From the NCBI GenBank assembly GCA_963798085.1, contig CAWCRS010000003.1, forward strand, positions 480,001-544,000: a stretch of 64,000 bases of DNA, read 5' to 3'. Made by a program: the position numbers and the translations under genes. The notes below the pieces were generated by a model. That model did not search any database and was not told the DNA's origin. It worked only from the letters and a program-made list of their open reading frames with translations. The DNA is from an uncultured Gemmatimonadales bacterium (lineage in GTDB: Bacteria > Gemmatimonadota > Gemmatimonadetes > Longimicrobiales > RSA9). Positions within the stretch are counted from its first letter, which is position 1. Every line of letters starts with the position of its first letter. This document shows, one piece after another, positions 30,027 through 41,276 of the stretch.

Positions 30027-31502
30027 ATGTCTGAATCCAACCCGCTCCATGTCGATCCGGAAGCAATGCGCCGCATGGGGTATCGCGTGGTTGACCTGCT
30101 CGTCGAGCGTGTGACCGGCCTCGATGCGGAGCCCGCGTGGCAGCGTGGGGACCGTGCATCGCTCGAGCGTGACCTGCGTGAACCACCGCCCCGCGCACCG
30201 CATGATTTCGACGAGATTCTCCGCCGACTGGTCACTGACGTGCTGCCGCACGGCGCACGCGTGGACCATCCTCGGTTTCTGGGCTATGTCCCTGGCGCAC
30301 CCACGTGGCCCGGCGTTCTCGCCGATTTTCTCGCCGCGGGCTACAACGTGTTTCAGGGCTCCTGGCTCGGTGGCTCCGGCGCGAGTCAGATCGAGCTGAT
30401 CGTTCTCGACTGGTTCAAGGAGTGGATCGGTTACCCATCGGACGCGGCTGGCCTTTTCACCAGCGGCGGCTCGGCGGCAAACCTCACGGCGATCGCCTGC
30501 GCCCGCCAGCTCCGGTTCGGCGGTCATGATCCTGATTCCGTTGTCTACCTGTCCGACGAGTGCCACTCGTCTGCCGAGCGCGCCGTGCGCGTCCTCGGTT
30601 TCCGCCCCGAGCGCGTTCGCAAGCTGCCCGTCGATTCCGCCTGGCGCATCGATCTGCATGCGCTGGAGGAGGCTGTCTCGGCCGATGAGCGGGCCGGCCT
30701 CCATCCATTCCTGCTGCTCGCCAATGCCGGCGCGACGAGCACAGGCTCAGTCGACCCGCTTGGCGCTCTCATCGATTTCTGTACTGGGCGGGGGTTGTGG
30801 CTGCACCTGGACGCGGCGTATGGAGGCTTTGCGGTACTGACCGAGCGTGGCCGCTCACTTCTGCGCGGTATCGAGCGGGCAGATTCGATCACACTCGACC
30901 CGCACAAATGGTTGTTCCAACCCTTCGAAGCGGGCTGCCTGCTGATGCGCCGAGGCGATGCTCTTGAAACGGCGTTTCGCATGCTGCCGCATTACCTGCA
31001 GGACGCAGCCGTGCCCGCGATCAACGACCGTACGACACCCGTCAATTTCATGGACCGGGGTATTCAACTCACGCGGGCTGCACGCGCGCTCAAGGTCTGG
31101 GCTTCGCTGCAGTACTTCGGCGTCGACGCATTCCGCGCCGCCATCGATCGGGCCCTCGACCTGACGCACATGGCGGAACATCTGCTGCACGAATCGCCCT
31201 CATTCGAGGTGTTGAGCCCGGCCACTCTCGGCATCGTGTGTTTCCGCCGGAAGGTCGACGACAGCGGACACTCCGTGCCCGACGAGGCTCAGCTCGAAGC
31301 ACTCAATGCCCGACTCGTCCATGACCTCGCCGAGAGCGGCGAGGGACTCATCTCGTCGACGCGACTCCGTGGCCGCTACGCTCTGCGTTTCTGTATCCTG
31401 AGCCACCACACCACCGCCGTGGACATCATGCGCGTGATCCAGTGGCTGGCGCGGGCGCGCACCGGACCGCTGCTCGATTCGCGGCCTGCGTCGCTCGTCT
31501 GA
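30027..31502 (+). CDS. Group II PLP-dependent amino acid decarboxylase (aromatic-L-amino-acid decarboxylase-like)
   Basis: TSGGSAAN, HLDAAYGG and DPHKWLF motifs. Confidence 0.92.
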   Translation: MSESNPLHVDPEAMRRMGYRVVDLLVERVTGLDAEPAWQRGDRASLERDLREPPPRAPHDFDEILRRLVTDVLPHGARVDHPRFLGYVPGAPTWPGVLADFLAAGYNVFQGSWLGGSGASQIELIVLDWFKEWIGYPSDAAGLFTSGGSAANLTAIACARQLRFGGHDPDSVVYLSDECHSSAERAVRVLGFRPERVRKLPVDSAWRIDLHALEEAVSADERAGLHPFLLLANAGATSTGSVDPLGALIDFCTGRGLWLHLDAAYGGFAVLTERGRSLLRGIERADSITLDPHKWLFQPFEAGCLLMRRGDALETAFRMLPHYLQDAAVPAINDRTTPVNFMDRGIQLTRAARALKVWASLQYFGVDAFRAAIDRALDLTHMAEHLLHESPSFEVLSPATLGIVCFRRKVDDSGHSVPDEAQLEALNARLVHDLAESGEGLISSTRLRGRYALRFCILSHHTTAVDIMRVIQWLARARTGPLLDSRPASLV

Positions 31503-31558
31503 CCGGGGTTGGTGGGTGACAGTCTTTGCGCTAACGTTCCTGGGACCGAGGAGAAGGC

Positions 31559-31837
31559 ATGGCGGAGATAAAATGCGCGCGCTGCAGCCGGTCGGCTGAG
31601 GGCCTTGCGAAAGCACCGTTGCGCAATGAACTGGGTGACCGGATTCTGGCCTCCATCTGCCAGGATTGCTGGGGACAGTGGCTCCGCTTTCAGACGCAGC
31701 TGATCAACCACCATGGACTGGATGTACGGGACAAGCCCGCGCGCGAATTCCTTACTGCCAATATGGATGCCTTCCTCTTCCGCTCGGGCAATGCGGAAGA
31801 AATCGACACGACCCAGCAGGGCAAGATTTCCTGGTAG
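31559..31837 (+). CDS. YggX-like Fe(II)-trafficking / oxidative damage protection protein
   Basis: ELGDRI..ICQDCWGQW..QTQLIN..L.....AREFL pattern; two CxxC pairs. Confidence 0.85.
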   Translation: MAEIKCARCSRSAEGLAKAPLRNELGDRILASICQDCWGQWLRFQTQLINHHGLDVRDKPAREFLTANMDAFLFRSGNAEEIDTTQQGKISW

Positions 31838-31849
31838 GAAGACCCTCGC

Positions 31850-32542
31850 ATGCAGGTTCCGCCATTCTCCAATCAGAGGTCGGCGCAACCAACCGATTCG
31901 GACTCCTCTCGAACCACCAGGGCTGAGACCGCCATTCCCCAGGCCGGCAATGGGAGCGGGCGCGAGTTCTGGCCAGTTCTGCTCGTGCACGGCTGGCGCG
32001 GCCGCCTGTGGCACCTCGAACCGCTGCGCCGCTACCTGTTGGCAGCCGGCTGGGCAACCAACCGCATCCTTGCACTCGAGTTCCACGACACCTTCGGCAG
32101 CAATCTGGATCACGCGGATGAGATCGCCCTTGCGGTTGCGCTACTGCGCGAGCGCACGGGCAGCCGCTTCGTCGATATCGTCGCTCACTCCATGGGAGGA
32201 CTTGCCACACGCTGGTACCTGGGCAACGACCCGACCGCACCCGTCCGCCGGGTCATCTACCTTGCGACGCCACACGCCGGCACCTGGCTCGCACACGCAG
32301 CGGGCGGCCCTGGCGCCATCGAGATGCGACCCGGCAGCGAATTCCTCCGGCAGCTCCAACGACTCCCCTCCCATGCCACAGTACGCTCCTTCACCATCCG
32401 CACGGCCCTCGAAACCCATGTCTTCCCCTGGCGCAGTGCCCTGCTGCCCGGTGCGACCGACCACCGTGTACCCTTCGCCATGCACGCCGTGATGCCCATG
32501 AGCCTCAGCGTCTGCCGCTCCATCCGCAGGCTCCTTCTTTGA
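31850..32542 (+). CDS. Alpha/beta hydrolase (lipase/esterase); start uncertain
   Basis: LLVHG, AHSMGG and LATPHAGT motifs. Confidence 0.85.
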   Translation: MQVPPFSNQRSAQPTDSDSSRTTRAETAIPQAGNGSGREFWPVLLVHGWRGRLWHLEPLRRYLLAAGWATNRILALEFHDTFGSNLDHADEIALAVALLRERTGSRFVDIVAHSMGGLATRWYLGNDPTAPVRRVIYLATPHAGTWLAHAAGGPGAIEMRPGSEFLRQLQRLPSHATVRSFTIRTALETHVFPWRSALLPGATDHRVPFAMHAVMPMSLSVCRSIRRLLL

Positions 32543-32995
32543 CAACGTCACCGCGGAAGCGGAGGATGGCGCCGGGCACAGCAGCAATCCGGGATTGGAA
32601 GAATCGCGTTGGCAACGATTAAATTCTGGGCGTGAACGGCGAACTTATATTGGAAGTACTATAGTGTTCGGCAAAATAATCGGCAGACAAATGGCAGGGT
32701 TCTGGATCACGCGCTGGGAAGCATGCCGCAATCGGACAAAATCGAGTGAGAACAGAGAAACACTCCCGCGGTTCTCCGGAATTCATGATTTCCTTTGCGA
32801 CTTGAGGGTGCGATGGCGCGGATGCAGCCCGATTCCCGGAATATGGATTCCCTGGCCGGTGCTGTTCTGTTGATCACTCTGATGGAGTCAAAGCTGGGCG
32901 GAATCCAGAATCCTGCATTCCTGAAAGTCGCGCCATGACACACGCAACAGAGTCGTATCCCTCCGAGAGGCCGCAGCATACTCCGCCCTCGTCGG

Positions 32996-33976
32996 TTATG
33001 GAGTCGAATAGAAGTTGCGCGGCCAGGCGTGGGATTTGAGCTTGAGTCGAACACTGGCATCGAGCGGGCCGAGGTCCGACGCTCTTGCGTTGGCGGCGAC
33101 GTGCTCGGGGTTGACGGACCCGACAATGACCGTGGAGACGGCCGGATGGGAAAGACAGAAGCGCAATGCGCCCTGCGCCAGCGACTGGCCTCCACCTTCG
33201 AGCAGCGGGCGAAGGCGCTCGACGTGGCGTACTGTCTCCGCCAGCCGGTCGCCCTTGAAATAACTCCGCCGCATGTCTGATTCGGCAAACGCGGTATCCG
33301 GCCGGAATCGGCCCCCCAGCGACCCTTCATCCAGCGGGACTCGCGCGATTACGCCCACGTCGTGCTGCTGGGCAGCAGCGAACAGCTCGTTCTCGGGCGA
33401 CTGGTCAAACACGTTGTAGATCACCTGCACTGTATCCACAAGGCCGGACTGCACTGCTGCGACCCCGTTTTGCGGCTCGTGATCGTTTATTGAAATACCC
33501 ACTGCTCGGACCAGTCCTTCCTCTTTCAGCGCAGCCAGTGCCTCGCTCCATTCCGGATCGGTGGTCCACTCATCGCGCCAGACGTGCAGTTGCAGAAGGT
33601 CGATCGGCTCGCTGCCGAGGTTCTCGAAGCTGCGCGCCGCACATTCGCGGATCCAGTCAGCCGGAAACACCTCACGCAGCGACACACCCGGTTCGGCCGG
33701 CCATTTCCAGTTCATGGGGGGGATCTTTGTGGCGATGCGAAGGCGGTCGCGCTCGCCGGACTCTCGGATTACCTGCCCGACCAGTTGCTCGGATCGGCCG
33801 TAGCCGTAGGCGAGGGCCGTATCGAAGAAGTCGATTCCCGAGTCGAGCGCGGCCTCGATCGCGGCCCTGGCGGCCGCTTCGCCAACGTCGCCCCACATGG
33901 TGCCGCCGATCTGCCAGGCGCCGTAGCCGACCTCTGAAACACGCCAGCCCGTGCGCCCGAGTCGCCTGTTCAGCAA
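32996..33976 (-). CDS. Aldo/keto reductase
   Basis: FFDTALAYG.GRSE, IATK and DLLQLH motifs; AGGAG RBS before TTG. Confidence 0.93.
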   Translation of the reverse strand: MLNRRLGRTGWRVSEVGYGAWQIGGTMWGDVGEAAARAAIEAALDSGIDFFDTALAYGYGRSEQLVGQVIRESGERDRLRIATKIPPMNWKWPAEPGVSLREVFPADWIRECAARSFENLGSEPIDLLQLHVWRDEWTTDPEWSEALAALKEEGLVRAVGISINDHEPQNGVAAVQSGLVDTVQVIYNVFDQSPENELFAAAQQHDVGVIARVPLDEGSLGGRFRPDTAFAESDMRRSYFKGDRLAETVRHVERLRPLLEGGGQSLAQGALRFCLSHPAVSTVIVGSVNPEHVAANARASDLGPLDASVRLKLKSHAWPRNFYSTP

Positions 33977-34158
33977 TGTCCGGTCTCCTGTCGCCCGTTG
34001 GATCCGCAGTCTGCATTATCGAGGACGCGCGGGAACGCTGCAACTGACCGCCGGTTCCTGCTGCTCGACTCCGCTACGCATCCCGTCTATCTTGTGGCCT
34101 CGCGGCGGGACTGAGGCATGCTCCCGCGACAATCGCAGCCTCGAACCCGGGCTAACGC

Positions 34159-34587
34159 ATGCAGGTCAAGCTCGCCCTCCTGGCGGACTACGCCAACGTT
34201 ACCGCTGAAGGCAAGCTGAACATCCTCGGCATCTTCGATCGCATCTCCGTCCAGGACCTGCCGGCGGTTCATCCGCAAATGCATCTGATCCTGCGTCTGG
34301 AGGCACATGCCGCCGAGCGCAGCCGCACCCATGATATCGAGATCCGCCTCTATGATCCGGATGGTGACACCGTGTTCGAGGTGAAGGGGGACATGGTTCC
34401 CCACGGGCCCGCCAGCATGGCCACAGCCACCAACCAGATCCTGACCCTGAACAACCTGCAGCTCACCAAGGCGGGCGCCTACATGTTCGTGGTTTTCGTG
34501 AATGACGATCTCAAGGCGGAGCTACCTCTGGCTGTCGAGCTGAACGCCAGCATGGCGCCTCCGCGCGGCAGCCAGGCGCCGAACTGA
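34159..34587 (+). CDS. Conserved hypothetical protein (DUF6941-like)
   Basis: LADYA...GKLNILGIFDRI pattern. Confidence 0.7.
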   Translation: MQVKLALLADYANVTAEGKLNILGIFDRISVQDLPAVHPQMHLILRLEAHAAERSRTHDIEIRLYDPDGDTVFEVKGDMVPHGPASMATATNQILTLNNLQLTKAGAYMFVVFVNDDLKAELPLAVELNASMAPPRGSQAPN

Positions 34588-34655
34588 CTGTTAGGACGAT
34601 TTTCGGCGGCAGGTCCGGCGTTCCGGCGCCCGGGCCGAACCCGGAGGAGCGGCGA

Positions 34656-35966
34656 ATGATCACGAGGCCCGGCGTTATTGTCCTCGCCCTCATGGCGAAC
34701 GCGGCGACGGCGCGCGCGCAGAGCGTCCGCTGTGATGCGCGGGCGAACCGCTATTGCACGGAAGTCGCCGGCATCACCGCACGTCGCGAGGTGCAACGCG
34801 CTGTGCGGTTCGTCGAGGAAGACGACGCCCGCACCGTCGCTGACCTCCGGCGGCTGACCGAGATCGCCTCGCCGCCCTTCGGCGAGCAGGCGCGTGGCCG
34901 CGCGTACGCGGAACTCTTGCGGCAGGCGGGCGCGGATTCCGTCTGGACCGACTCTGTGGGCAACGTGCTCGCGCTGCGGCGCGGCCGGACTGGCGGGCGG
35001 ACCCTGGTGCTCTCCGGCCATCTCGACACGGTATTCCCCGAGGGCACGGACGTGCATATCAAGGAGCACGGCGACACGCTGTACGCACCTGGTGTCGGTG
35101 ATGACACGCGTGGCCTGGTCGCTGTGCTCGGTGTGCTGCGGGCGCTGGAAGCCGCCGGCGTCGAGACGCGCAATGACGTGCTCTTCGTGGGCACAGTTGG
35201 CGAAGAGGGCCTGGGCGACCTGCGCGGTGTGAAGCATCTCTTCCGCGACGGTGGCCCCCGCATTGATGCGTTCATCTCGATCGACGGCAGTGGCGATGGC
35301 CGCATTGTGCACCGCGCGCTGGGCTCGCACCGCTACCGCGTCGAGTTCGATGGCCCGGGAGGACACTCCTGGGGCGCGTTCGGCACAGCCAGCCCCATCC
35401 ACGCCATGGGCCGCGCCATCGCGCTTTTCGATGATGCCGCCGCCGTCTTTACGTCTAGCGGACCCCGCACCAGCTATAACGTGGGCCGCATTGGCGGCGG
35501 TACCTCGGTGAACGCTGTGGCCTTCCAGGGCTGGATGGAAGTCGACATGCGCTCCGAAAGTCCGCGCAGCCTGATGGCCATCGACTCCATCCTGCACGCT
35601 TCCGTGCAGAAAGCGCTGGAGGAGGAAAACGCCGGTCGCAAGCGCGGCGATGCACTGACCGTGAAGCTGGAGCTGGTTGGGGACCGGCCGTCGGGTGAAA
35701 TCGACCCGGGTGTTCCATTCGTTCAGCGTGCACAGGCCGTAACACGCCAGTTAGGTCTGGAGCCGGAGCTCGAGATCAGCTCCACGGATTCCAACATCGC
35801 GATATCGAAGGGCATCCCCGCCATCACCATCGGCAGCGGCGGCAAAGCCGGAAATGCCCATGCGCCGGAGGAATGGTGGCTGAATGACAAGGGACCGCGT
35901 GGCATTCAGCGCGCGCTCCTGATCGTGCTCGCGGAAGCGGGGCTGGCGGGACCGGCAACCGACTGA
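34656..35966 (+). CDS. Secreted M20/M25/M40 family metallopeptidase
   Basis: GHLDTVF, PGVGDD, VGEEGLG and GGHSWG motifs; signal peptide. Confidence 0.92.
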   Translation: MITRPGVIVLALMANAATARAQSVRCDARANRYCTEVAGITARREVQRAVRFVEEDDARTVADLRRLTEIASPPFGEQARGRAYAELLRQAGADSVWTDSVGNVLALRRGRTGGRTLVLSGHLDTVFPEGTDVHIKEHGDTLYAPGVGDDTRGLVAVLGVLRALEAAGVETRNDVLFVGTVGEEGLGDLRGVKHLFRDGGPRIDAFISIDGSGDGRIVHRALGSHRYRVEFDGPGGHSWGAFGTASPIHAMGRAIALFDDAAAVFTSSGPRTSYNVGRIGGGTSVNAVAFQGWMEVDMRSESPRSLMAIDSILHASVQKALEEENAGRKRGDALTVKLELVGDRPSGEIDPGVPFVQRAQAVTRQLGLEPELEISSTDSNIAISKGIPAITIGSGGKAGNAHAPEEWWLNDKGPRGIQRALLIVLAEAGLAGPATD

Positions 35967-35976
35967 GTGCGCTTCC

Positions 35977-37476
35977 TCAAGCAGACGCCAGGTCTTTGCG
36001 CACGCCCTCGGCAGCCCTGTCAGCCAGCGCCATGACTGTCAGGTAGGGATTGATCTGGAGCGCGTCGGGGAACAGGCTGGAATCGGCGACGCGCAGCCAG
36101 GGCACGCCATGCACACGACCCCATGCGTCGGTCACAGAATCCGACGCGTCGCGTCCCATGCCACAACCACCCATCAGATGCGCCGCTGAAACGGTTGTCG
36201 TCCCAGGCAGGAAGCGCCGCCCATCAATTCGCCTGTCCAGTTCCGCTGCTTCGGCTGCTTCGATGGTGTGCGGCCCCGCGGTGGGCGCGTGTACGCGCAC
36301 GGCACCCGCCGCAAAGAAAATCCTCGCCGCGGCACGTGTGGCGCGCACCGTCGCTGCGATGACTTCGCGTGTGAAGCGGTAGTGCACCACGGGTCCACGG
36401 CGCGCATCCGTCGTTATGCGATTGCCGGGCGTCACCCTGTCGCACGCGAGCACGAGAATCATCTGGAGTCGCGGGAAGGCGTGCATGATATCGCTGTGCT
36501 GCTTGCCGAAGCCCGTGAGGTTCTTCGCCGTCGTGAATGGGAAATACATGCAGGTCTCGAGTACGAAGCCTTCCTCCGCAGCCCGGTCCACGAAGAAGCT
36601 CTTGGGATGTCCCACATCGTTGGTGATGGGCTGCGCGTGTTCGGCGACGAGGATGTGCGCGGGATGACACGTAAACCCGTGGCCCAACCGTGGTAGGCGC
36701 GCGCCAAGGCCGGAGCGCAGGAGCAATGCGCTCGAGCCCACCGCACCACCGGCCACCACGATGAAGCGCGCTTGCACGCGGTAGTCGCCTGGAGCCCACT
36801 CTGAGGCAGCGCCTTTCTGTCCGGGCAGCGCGGGGTGCACACGCACACGCACCGTTCTCTCCTCAATGCGCAAGGCTTCTGCTCGTGTCACCACCTCGAC
36901 GCCATCCCGCTCCGCTGCGGGCAGCTGCACGCGGTTGGTGCCCTGCTTCGCCGCATTGGGACAGCCCAGGTTGCACAGGCTGGAGCCGCGGCAGCCGCGC
37001 AGGTTGACGGGAAACTGCTCGCAAGAATAACCCGCCCGCTCACAGCCCTCGCGGAACAGCGTGTTATTCCGGTTCAGCTCCCTTTCGGGCAGCAGGTGCA
37101 CGTTGTTCTGCGCGCTGTACTTCTCGCTGCGGCGCGCGAGGTCGGCGTGCTCCAGGCCGGGCACATTCCAGGCATCGATCACACGCTTCGGCGCAGTCAG
37201 CGAAGTGCCTGTGTACACGACGGTCGATCCGCCGTACACGCGGCCGAACGCCAGCGTCATTGTGCCTTCAGCAGTGAGGAAGCCGCCGCCGTCCTCGTAC
37301 AGCACGGGCGCCATCTCCAGCTCGCGGCCCGTGAACTCGTGGTCCCCCAGGCGAGGCCCCTGCTCGAGCACGAGAACGCGCAGGCCATCACGCACCAGCG
37401 GGCCGAGCGCGGCAGCGACTGTCCCGCCACCGGCGCCCGATCCGACGATCACGACATCGTATGCGCGCTCAGTCAT
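35977..37476 (-). CDS. GMC family FAD oxidoreductase
   Basis: IVGSGAGGG, CRGSSLCNLGC, SAAHLMGGCGMG and INPYLTV motifs. Confidence 0.92.
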   Translation of the reverse strand: MTERAYDVVIVGSGAGGGTVAAALGPLVRDGLRVLVLEQGPRLGDHEFTGRELEMAPVLYEDGGGFLTAEGTMTLAFGRVYGGSTVVYTGTSLTAPKRVIDAWNVPGLEHADLARRSEKYSAQNNVHLLPERELNRNNTLFREGCERAGYSCEQFPVNLRGCRGSSLCNLGCPNAAKQGTNRVQLPAAERDGVEVVTRAEALRIEERTVRVRVHPALPGQKGAASEWAPGDYRVQARFIVVAGGAVGSSALLLRSGLGARLPRLGHGFTCHPAHILVAEHAQPITNDVGHPKSFFVDRAAEEGFVLETCMYFPFTTAKNLTGFGKQHSDIMHAFPRLQMILVLACDRVTPGNRITTDARRGPVVHYRFTREVIAATVRATRAAARIFFAAGAVRVHAPTAGPHTIEAAEAAELDRRIDGRRFLPGTTTVSAAHLMGGCGMGRDASDSVTDAWGRVHGVPWLRVADSSLFPDALQINPYLTVMALADRAAEGVRKDLASA

Positions 37477-37936
37477 CGGGCGGGCTGGATTTCGCGCCGT
37501 TGCCACGCTCGTTCGATCGCCGTGCATCCCATCCGGCTGGCGTGGCGCGGTAACCGATCGCTTCGGCTGCGGCCGGCCGGGCATACCAGCCCATGAACAC
37601 GAGTGTTCGCAGACCCCAGAAGCCGCGCCGCAGCAGAGTCAGCGGCGCGCGCTCCAGTGCCTCGAGAAACGCCACCCTCTTTGCTTCAGGGAGTCCAGCG
37701 AAGCGACTGCCGTAGCGCAGGCAGGGCAGGAAGTCAATGACGCGCAGGAACAGGGCGAGCTGACTGCGGAGCTTCTGCGGCCTGGCGGCGATCGCACTGT
37801 AAACGATGCGCTCGAATTCCAGCCAGTCGTCCTCGGCAGCGGAGCTCGCATCGGGAACAACCACGAGCGCGACTGCACGCAGCGTACGCCGGTGCAGCGT
37901 CACGAGATCAGGCTGGACGCGGGTGGAGGTGATCAC
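37469..37936 (-). CDS. Small GMC partner protein (gluconate 2-dehydrogenase subunit 3-like); start uncertain
   Basis: RFAGL...R..FL...LLRRGFWGLRTLVFMGWY....IGY pattern; overlaps the GMC start. Confidence 0.7.
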   Translation of the reverse strand: MITSTRVQPDLVTLHRRTLRAVALVVVPDASSAAEDDWLEFERIVYSAIAARPQKLRSQLALFLRVIDFLPCLRYGSRFAGLPEAKRVAFLEALERAPLTLLRRGFWGLRTLVFMGWYARPAAAEAIGYRATPAGWDARRSNERGNGAKSSPPDD

Positions 37937-37961
37937 AGCCTGATCATAGCACCAGAAAATG

Positions 37962-37993
37962 GAAAGGGCCCCACCTTGCGGTGGAGCCCTTTC
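37962..37993 (-). terminator. Intrinsic terminator of the large surface-protein gene
   Basis: Minus strand GAAAGGGCTCCAC-CGCAAG-GTGGGGCCCTTTC then CATTTT; GCAA tetraloop. Confidence 0.8.
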
Positions 37994-38021
37994 GTGCTCT
38001 TCCCAAACTACCGGGAGAGGA

Positions 38022-40914
38022 TCAGGTGGCTGCGATCGCCACGTTGACGAAGCCGCCCGCTGTGGCCGCCGTCGGGAACGCCGCGAAGGCGCCGCCCGCC
38101 GTCGACGCAACGGCCGAACCGTTGCTGAATACGCCCACCGCCACCACAGGAACCGTGTTGATCAGGTTGGCGCCGGACGAATCGAGAATGCCGGTCACTG
38201 TCCACGTCGCGGAGTACGTCCACGTACGGGTCGAAGTGATCGTGTTGTCCGAAGCGGATGCCGTGCCCGTGCCGATGAAGTACCAGCGGCCGTTCGCGGG
38301 ATCCTGGTAGTAGAACTCGACGCGCACGAACGGATTCGCGAACGTTGCGTTCGGACCGCGTCATCGTGGCGCTGAGAACGGTGCTCGCCGGGTTCACCGT
38401 GCACTGTGCGGCTGTACCGCGGCAAACCGTGGCATTCGACGGCGCAAGCTGCAGGAAATTGCCGTGCGCCACATTGACCGGCGCGAAGATCGCGTCATTG
38501 GGTGCAACTGTCAGCGACGGGACCGGTCCGCTCGTCGCAAACTCGACGGCCGGATTGATGCCCAGGGTCGCTGTCGTCAGGTTCGTCGCGACGTCACGGA
38601 CGTCGAAGCGGACCGTGGTGGCTTCCTGGACGGCCGCATTGGCCCGACCGGTCGCCAGCGTGCCTTCAATGGCCCGCATGAACGACGGCGTCGTGTAGCT
38701 GCCCGTCGTCGTGCTGACCAGACCATCCGCCACGCCGTACGCGCCCAGTGTGACCTTCGGCGACGAGAACGTGGGGAAGGCACCATAATCGAGCGACGGC
38801 GTGATGCTGCCGAGGTCGACGTTGTCCGACAGGCCCGCGGTCCACGTGGCGCTGGCGCCACCGGGCAGTGAGGACGGACCCGAGATACCACCGACCACGG
38901 GGACCGTCACATCGATCAGGGTGATACGGGAGATCGTCGGCGTGGCCGGCGGGCATGCGCCCGAACTGGCCTGACCGCTGCAGTTCAGCGCCTGATCCAG
39001 CACGTAGGCGTTGAGCTCCCAGTAGCCTTCCTGCGCGGGATCGACGAGGGCGATGCCATCATCAGCGCGGTAGTTGACTGCACCCGTGCTCGTGAGGCAT
39101 GCCACCGTGCCCAGCGGCAGGTTGAACGGCTGGTCGTAGCATGTAGCGCCCGCGGGCAGCGTCTTCTTGAGCTGAGCGAACACGGGGTTAGCCGTGAAGC
39201 CCGAGGGGCCGACACCACCATCCGAGTAGCTGACCGTCCACGTCGCCGCGGGCGATGCCGGAATGGCGGGGTTCGTCGAGTTGTTGGCAACGCCCGCGAC
39301 CGTCGCGGTCGGCGCCGTGCGATCTTCACCAAACAGCTGCGCGCCCGTTGCCGAGGTCAGCGGCGTTGCCGCCACCGGACCTGCGAACACCGTGCGTGAA
39401 TTGGCGAGTTTGTCTGCCACTGTCGCCGAGGAAATGTAGGTCTGCGACGTGACCGACTCGGCCAGGTCGTTACCCGTGGTGACCGGGATCAGGCTTCCCG
39501 CAGGACCGGCCTGGAATGCCGCGGTGCAGCCCGTACCCGTGCCGCAGGTAGAACCCGCCGGACCGCTCACGCCGATGTCCTGATAGGTGAAGAACCCGGC
39601 GCGCGGAGCGAATGCGAACGCGCCATTGACGTAGCAGCCGCCCGGATTCAGGCAGCCCAGCGTGGCAGGCGTGAGGTCGAACAGCGTCACCACCGGCGCC
39701 ACGTTGTCCTCATTGAGCGGATTCTGGAGCAGCACCGCACCTCCACCCACCGCGCAGTTCAGGTTGAGCGGCGACGGTGTGGCGTTGGTGACGATGCAGT
39801 TCGGTCCCGGCTGCCCGCCCACGGTAACCGAGTTGACAGCGAACGAGACGCCCGGCCACTCCCAGGCGGCAATGCTCGAGGCACTCGGGGTCGACGCCTT
39901 CTGCAGCGTGAGCTGGAAGGGCGCCGTGGCATCCTGGATCGTCTTGTTCGTGTTGGCAGCACCGGTCAGGGTCATGCTGGCTATGTCGTCATTGGTGTCG
40001 CCGGAGAAGCTGACGCCGACCGCATCAAAGACGATGTCGCCCGTGCACCAGAGATTGCCGAGACCCGCCACCAGCTGTCCGGTGGTGCAGGACGAGCCGC
40101 TGGGGCCGGACCGGTTCACGAAGATGAACGGCACGTTGTTCAGCACGATCTGCTTGCTGGTCGTGGCCGTGATGGTGCCCTGCGTGCCGACCACCTGTGC
40201 GGTGATCGTCGTCGGGCCATTCTTGTACTTGCCCTGACGCGTGCCCACCGTAGCCGGCAGCGTGCGGTCGAAGTCGCCGGTGTTCCAGCTGGCGACCAGC
40301 AGGTCCGACGCTTCCGCCTCATCTGCCGAGCCCAGCTCGGGGCTGGTGAATGTCTGGGAGTAGATTTCCGTGTTGTTCGCCAGGACCTTGACGGCCGAGA
40401 TCTTTGCGCCCGTGGGCACAGTGAGATTCAGCTGGATCTCGATCTGGCCAAACACGTTGTTTTCATTCACCGGAACGTTGGTCGCACCAAACGTGATCGC
40501 CGAGATGTTGATCGTCGGCGGCAGCGTCGTGGTGGCCGGTGTTACGGTAACGGAGACGGAACCCTTGACGTTCGCGTCGGCCGTTGCCGCTGCTGTGATC
40601 GTGCTCACGCCTGCGGACACGCCCGTCACCGTGACGACGTTGCCGTTGGCGGCGATGGTGGCGACGGCCGTGTTGGACGACGTCCACGTGACCGTGTGCG
40701 CCGCGGTGCTGTCACCGCCGGTGACCGAAGCCACGACCTGACCGGTCTGACCGACCGCCAGCGTGAGCCCGTTCACCGGGGAAACCGTCACCTGGAGCGC
40801 AGGCGGCGGATTCGGTGGAATGACGACCGACGTCTTGTCCGAGCACGCCGCCATCCCACCCAGCACCGCCATACCGAGCGCGAGCCTGAGAAAGGCTGAC
40901 CTTTGTGTCTTCAT
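38022..40914 (-). CDS. Large surface lipoprotein with an Ig-like (Big_2) domain, about 963 aa; frameshift near 38360
   Basis: Lipobox MAAC; VTVSP..LAVGQT..VTWTSSNTAVATI; T/A/G/V-rich; true C-terminus in ORF 38022..38327; GGAGG RBS. Confidence 0.85.
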
Positions 40915-41144
40915 GCGATTCCTCCCTTACGGGGTGAAATGTACGGAACTCCGAAACCGCCAGCGGCTGTCTGCTTCCTGACTCGATCGTCGAGCGCGTC
41001 GTCGTGCTGTGGAAGACGCAGCGTCGGGCCCGAGGGTACCGGAGGATCGAATCGGGCGATCCAACCCCGGGTCCGCGATTCACGAGTGATTCAGCAGCAA
41101 TTGCCGCGTGGGCTCGCCCGGACATCGAACGAGCCGAGCGGGGC

Positions 41145-41173
41145 AAAATACGTTTGGCCCTTTTCGGGGTCAA
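41145..41173 (-). promoter_or_regulatory. Proximal sigma-70-like promoter for the surface protein
   Basis: TTGACC-17 nt-TATTTT. Confidence 0.55.
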
Positions 41174-41247
41174 GCGAATTCTCCACCCGCCTGCCAGACA
41201 GCCAAGTGTACGGGGAGGACACCTCTGCCTGATCCTGCGGCGGCGTC

Positions 41248-41276
41248 AAGATGCTCGCCAGCCTCTGCAAAGTCAA
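41248..41276 (-). promoter_or_regulatory. Distal sigma-70-like promoter for the surface protein
   Basis: TTGACT-17 nt-CATCTT. Confidence 0.4.
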
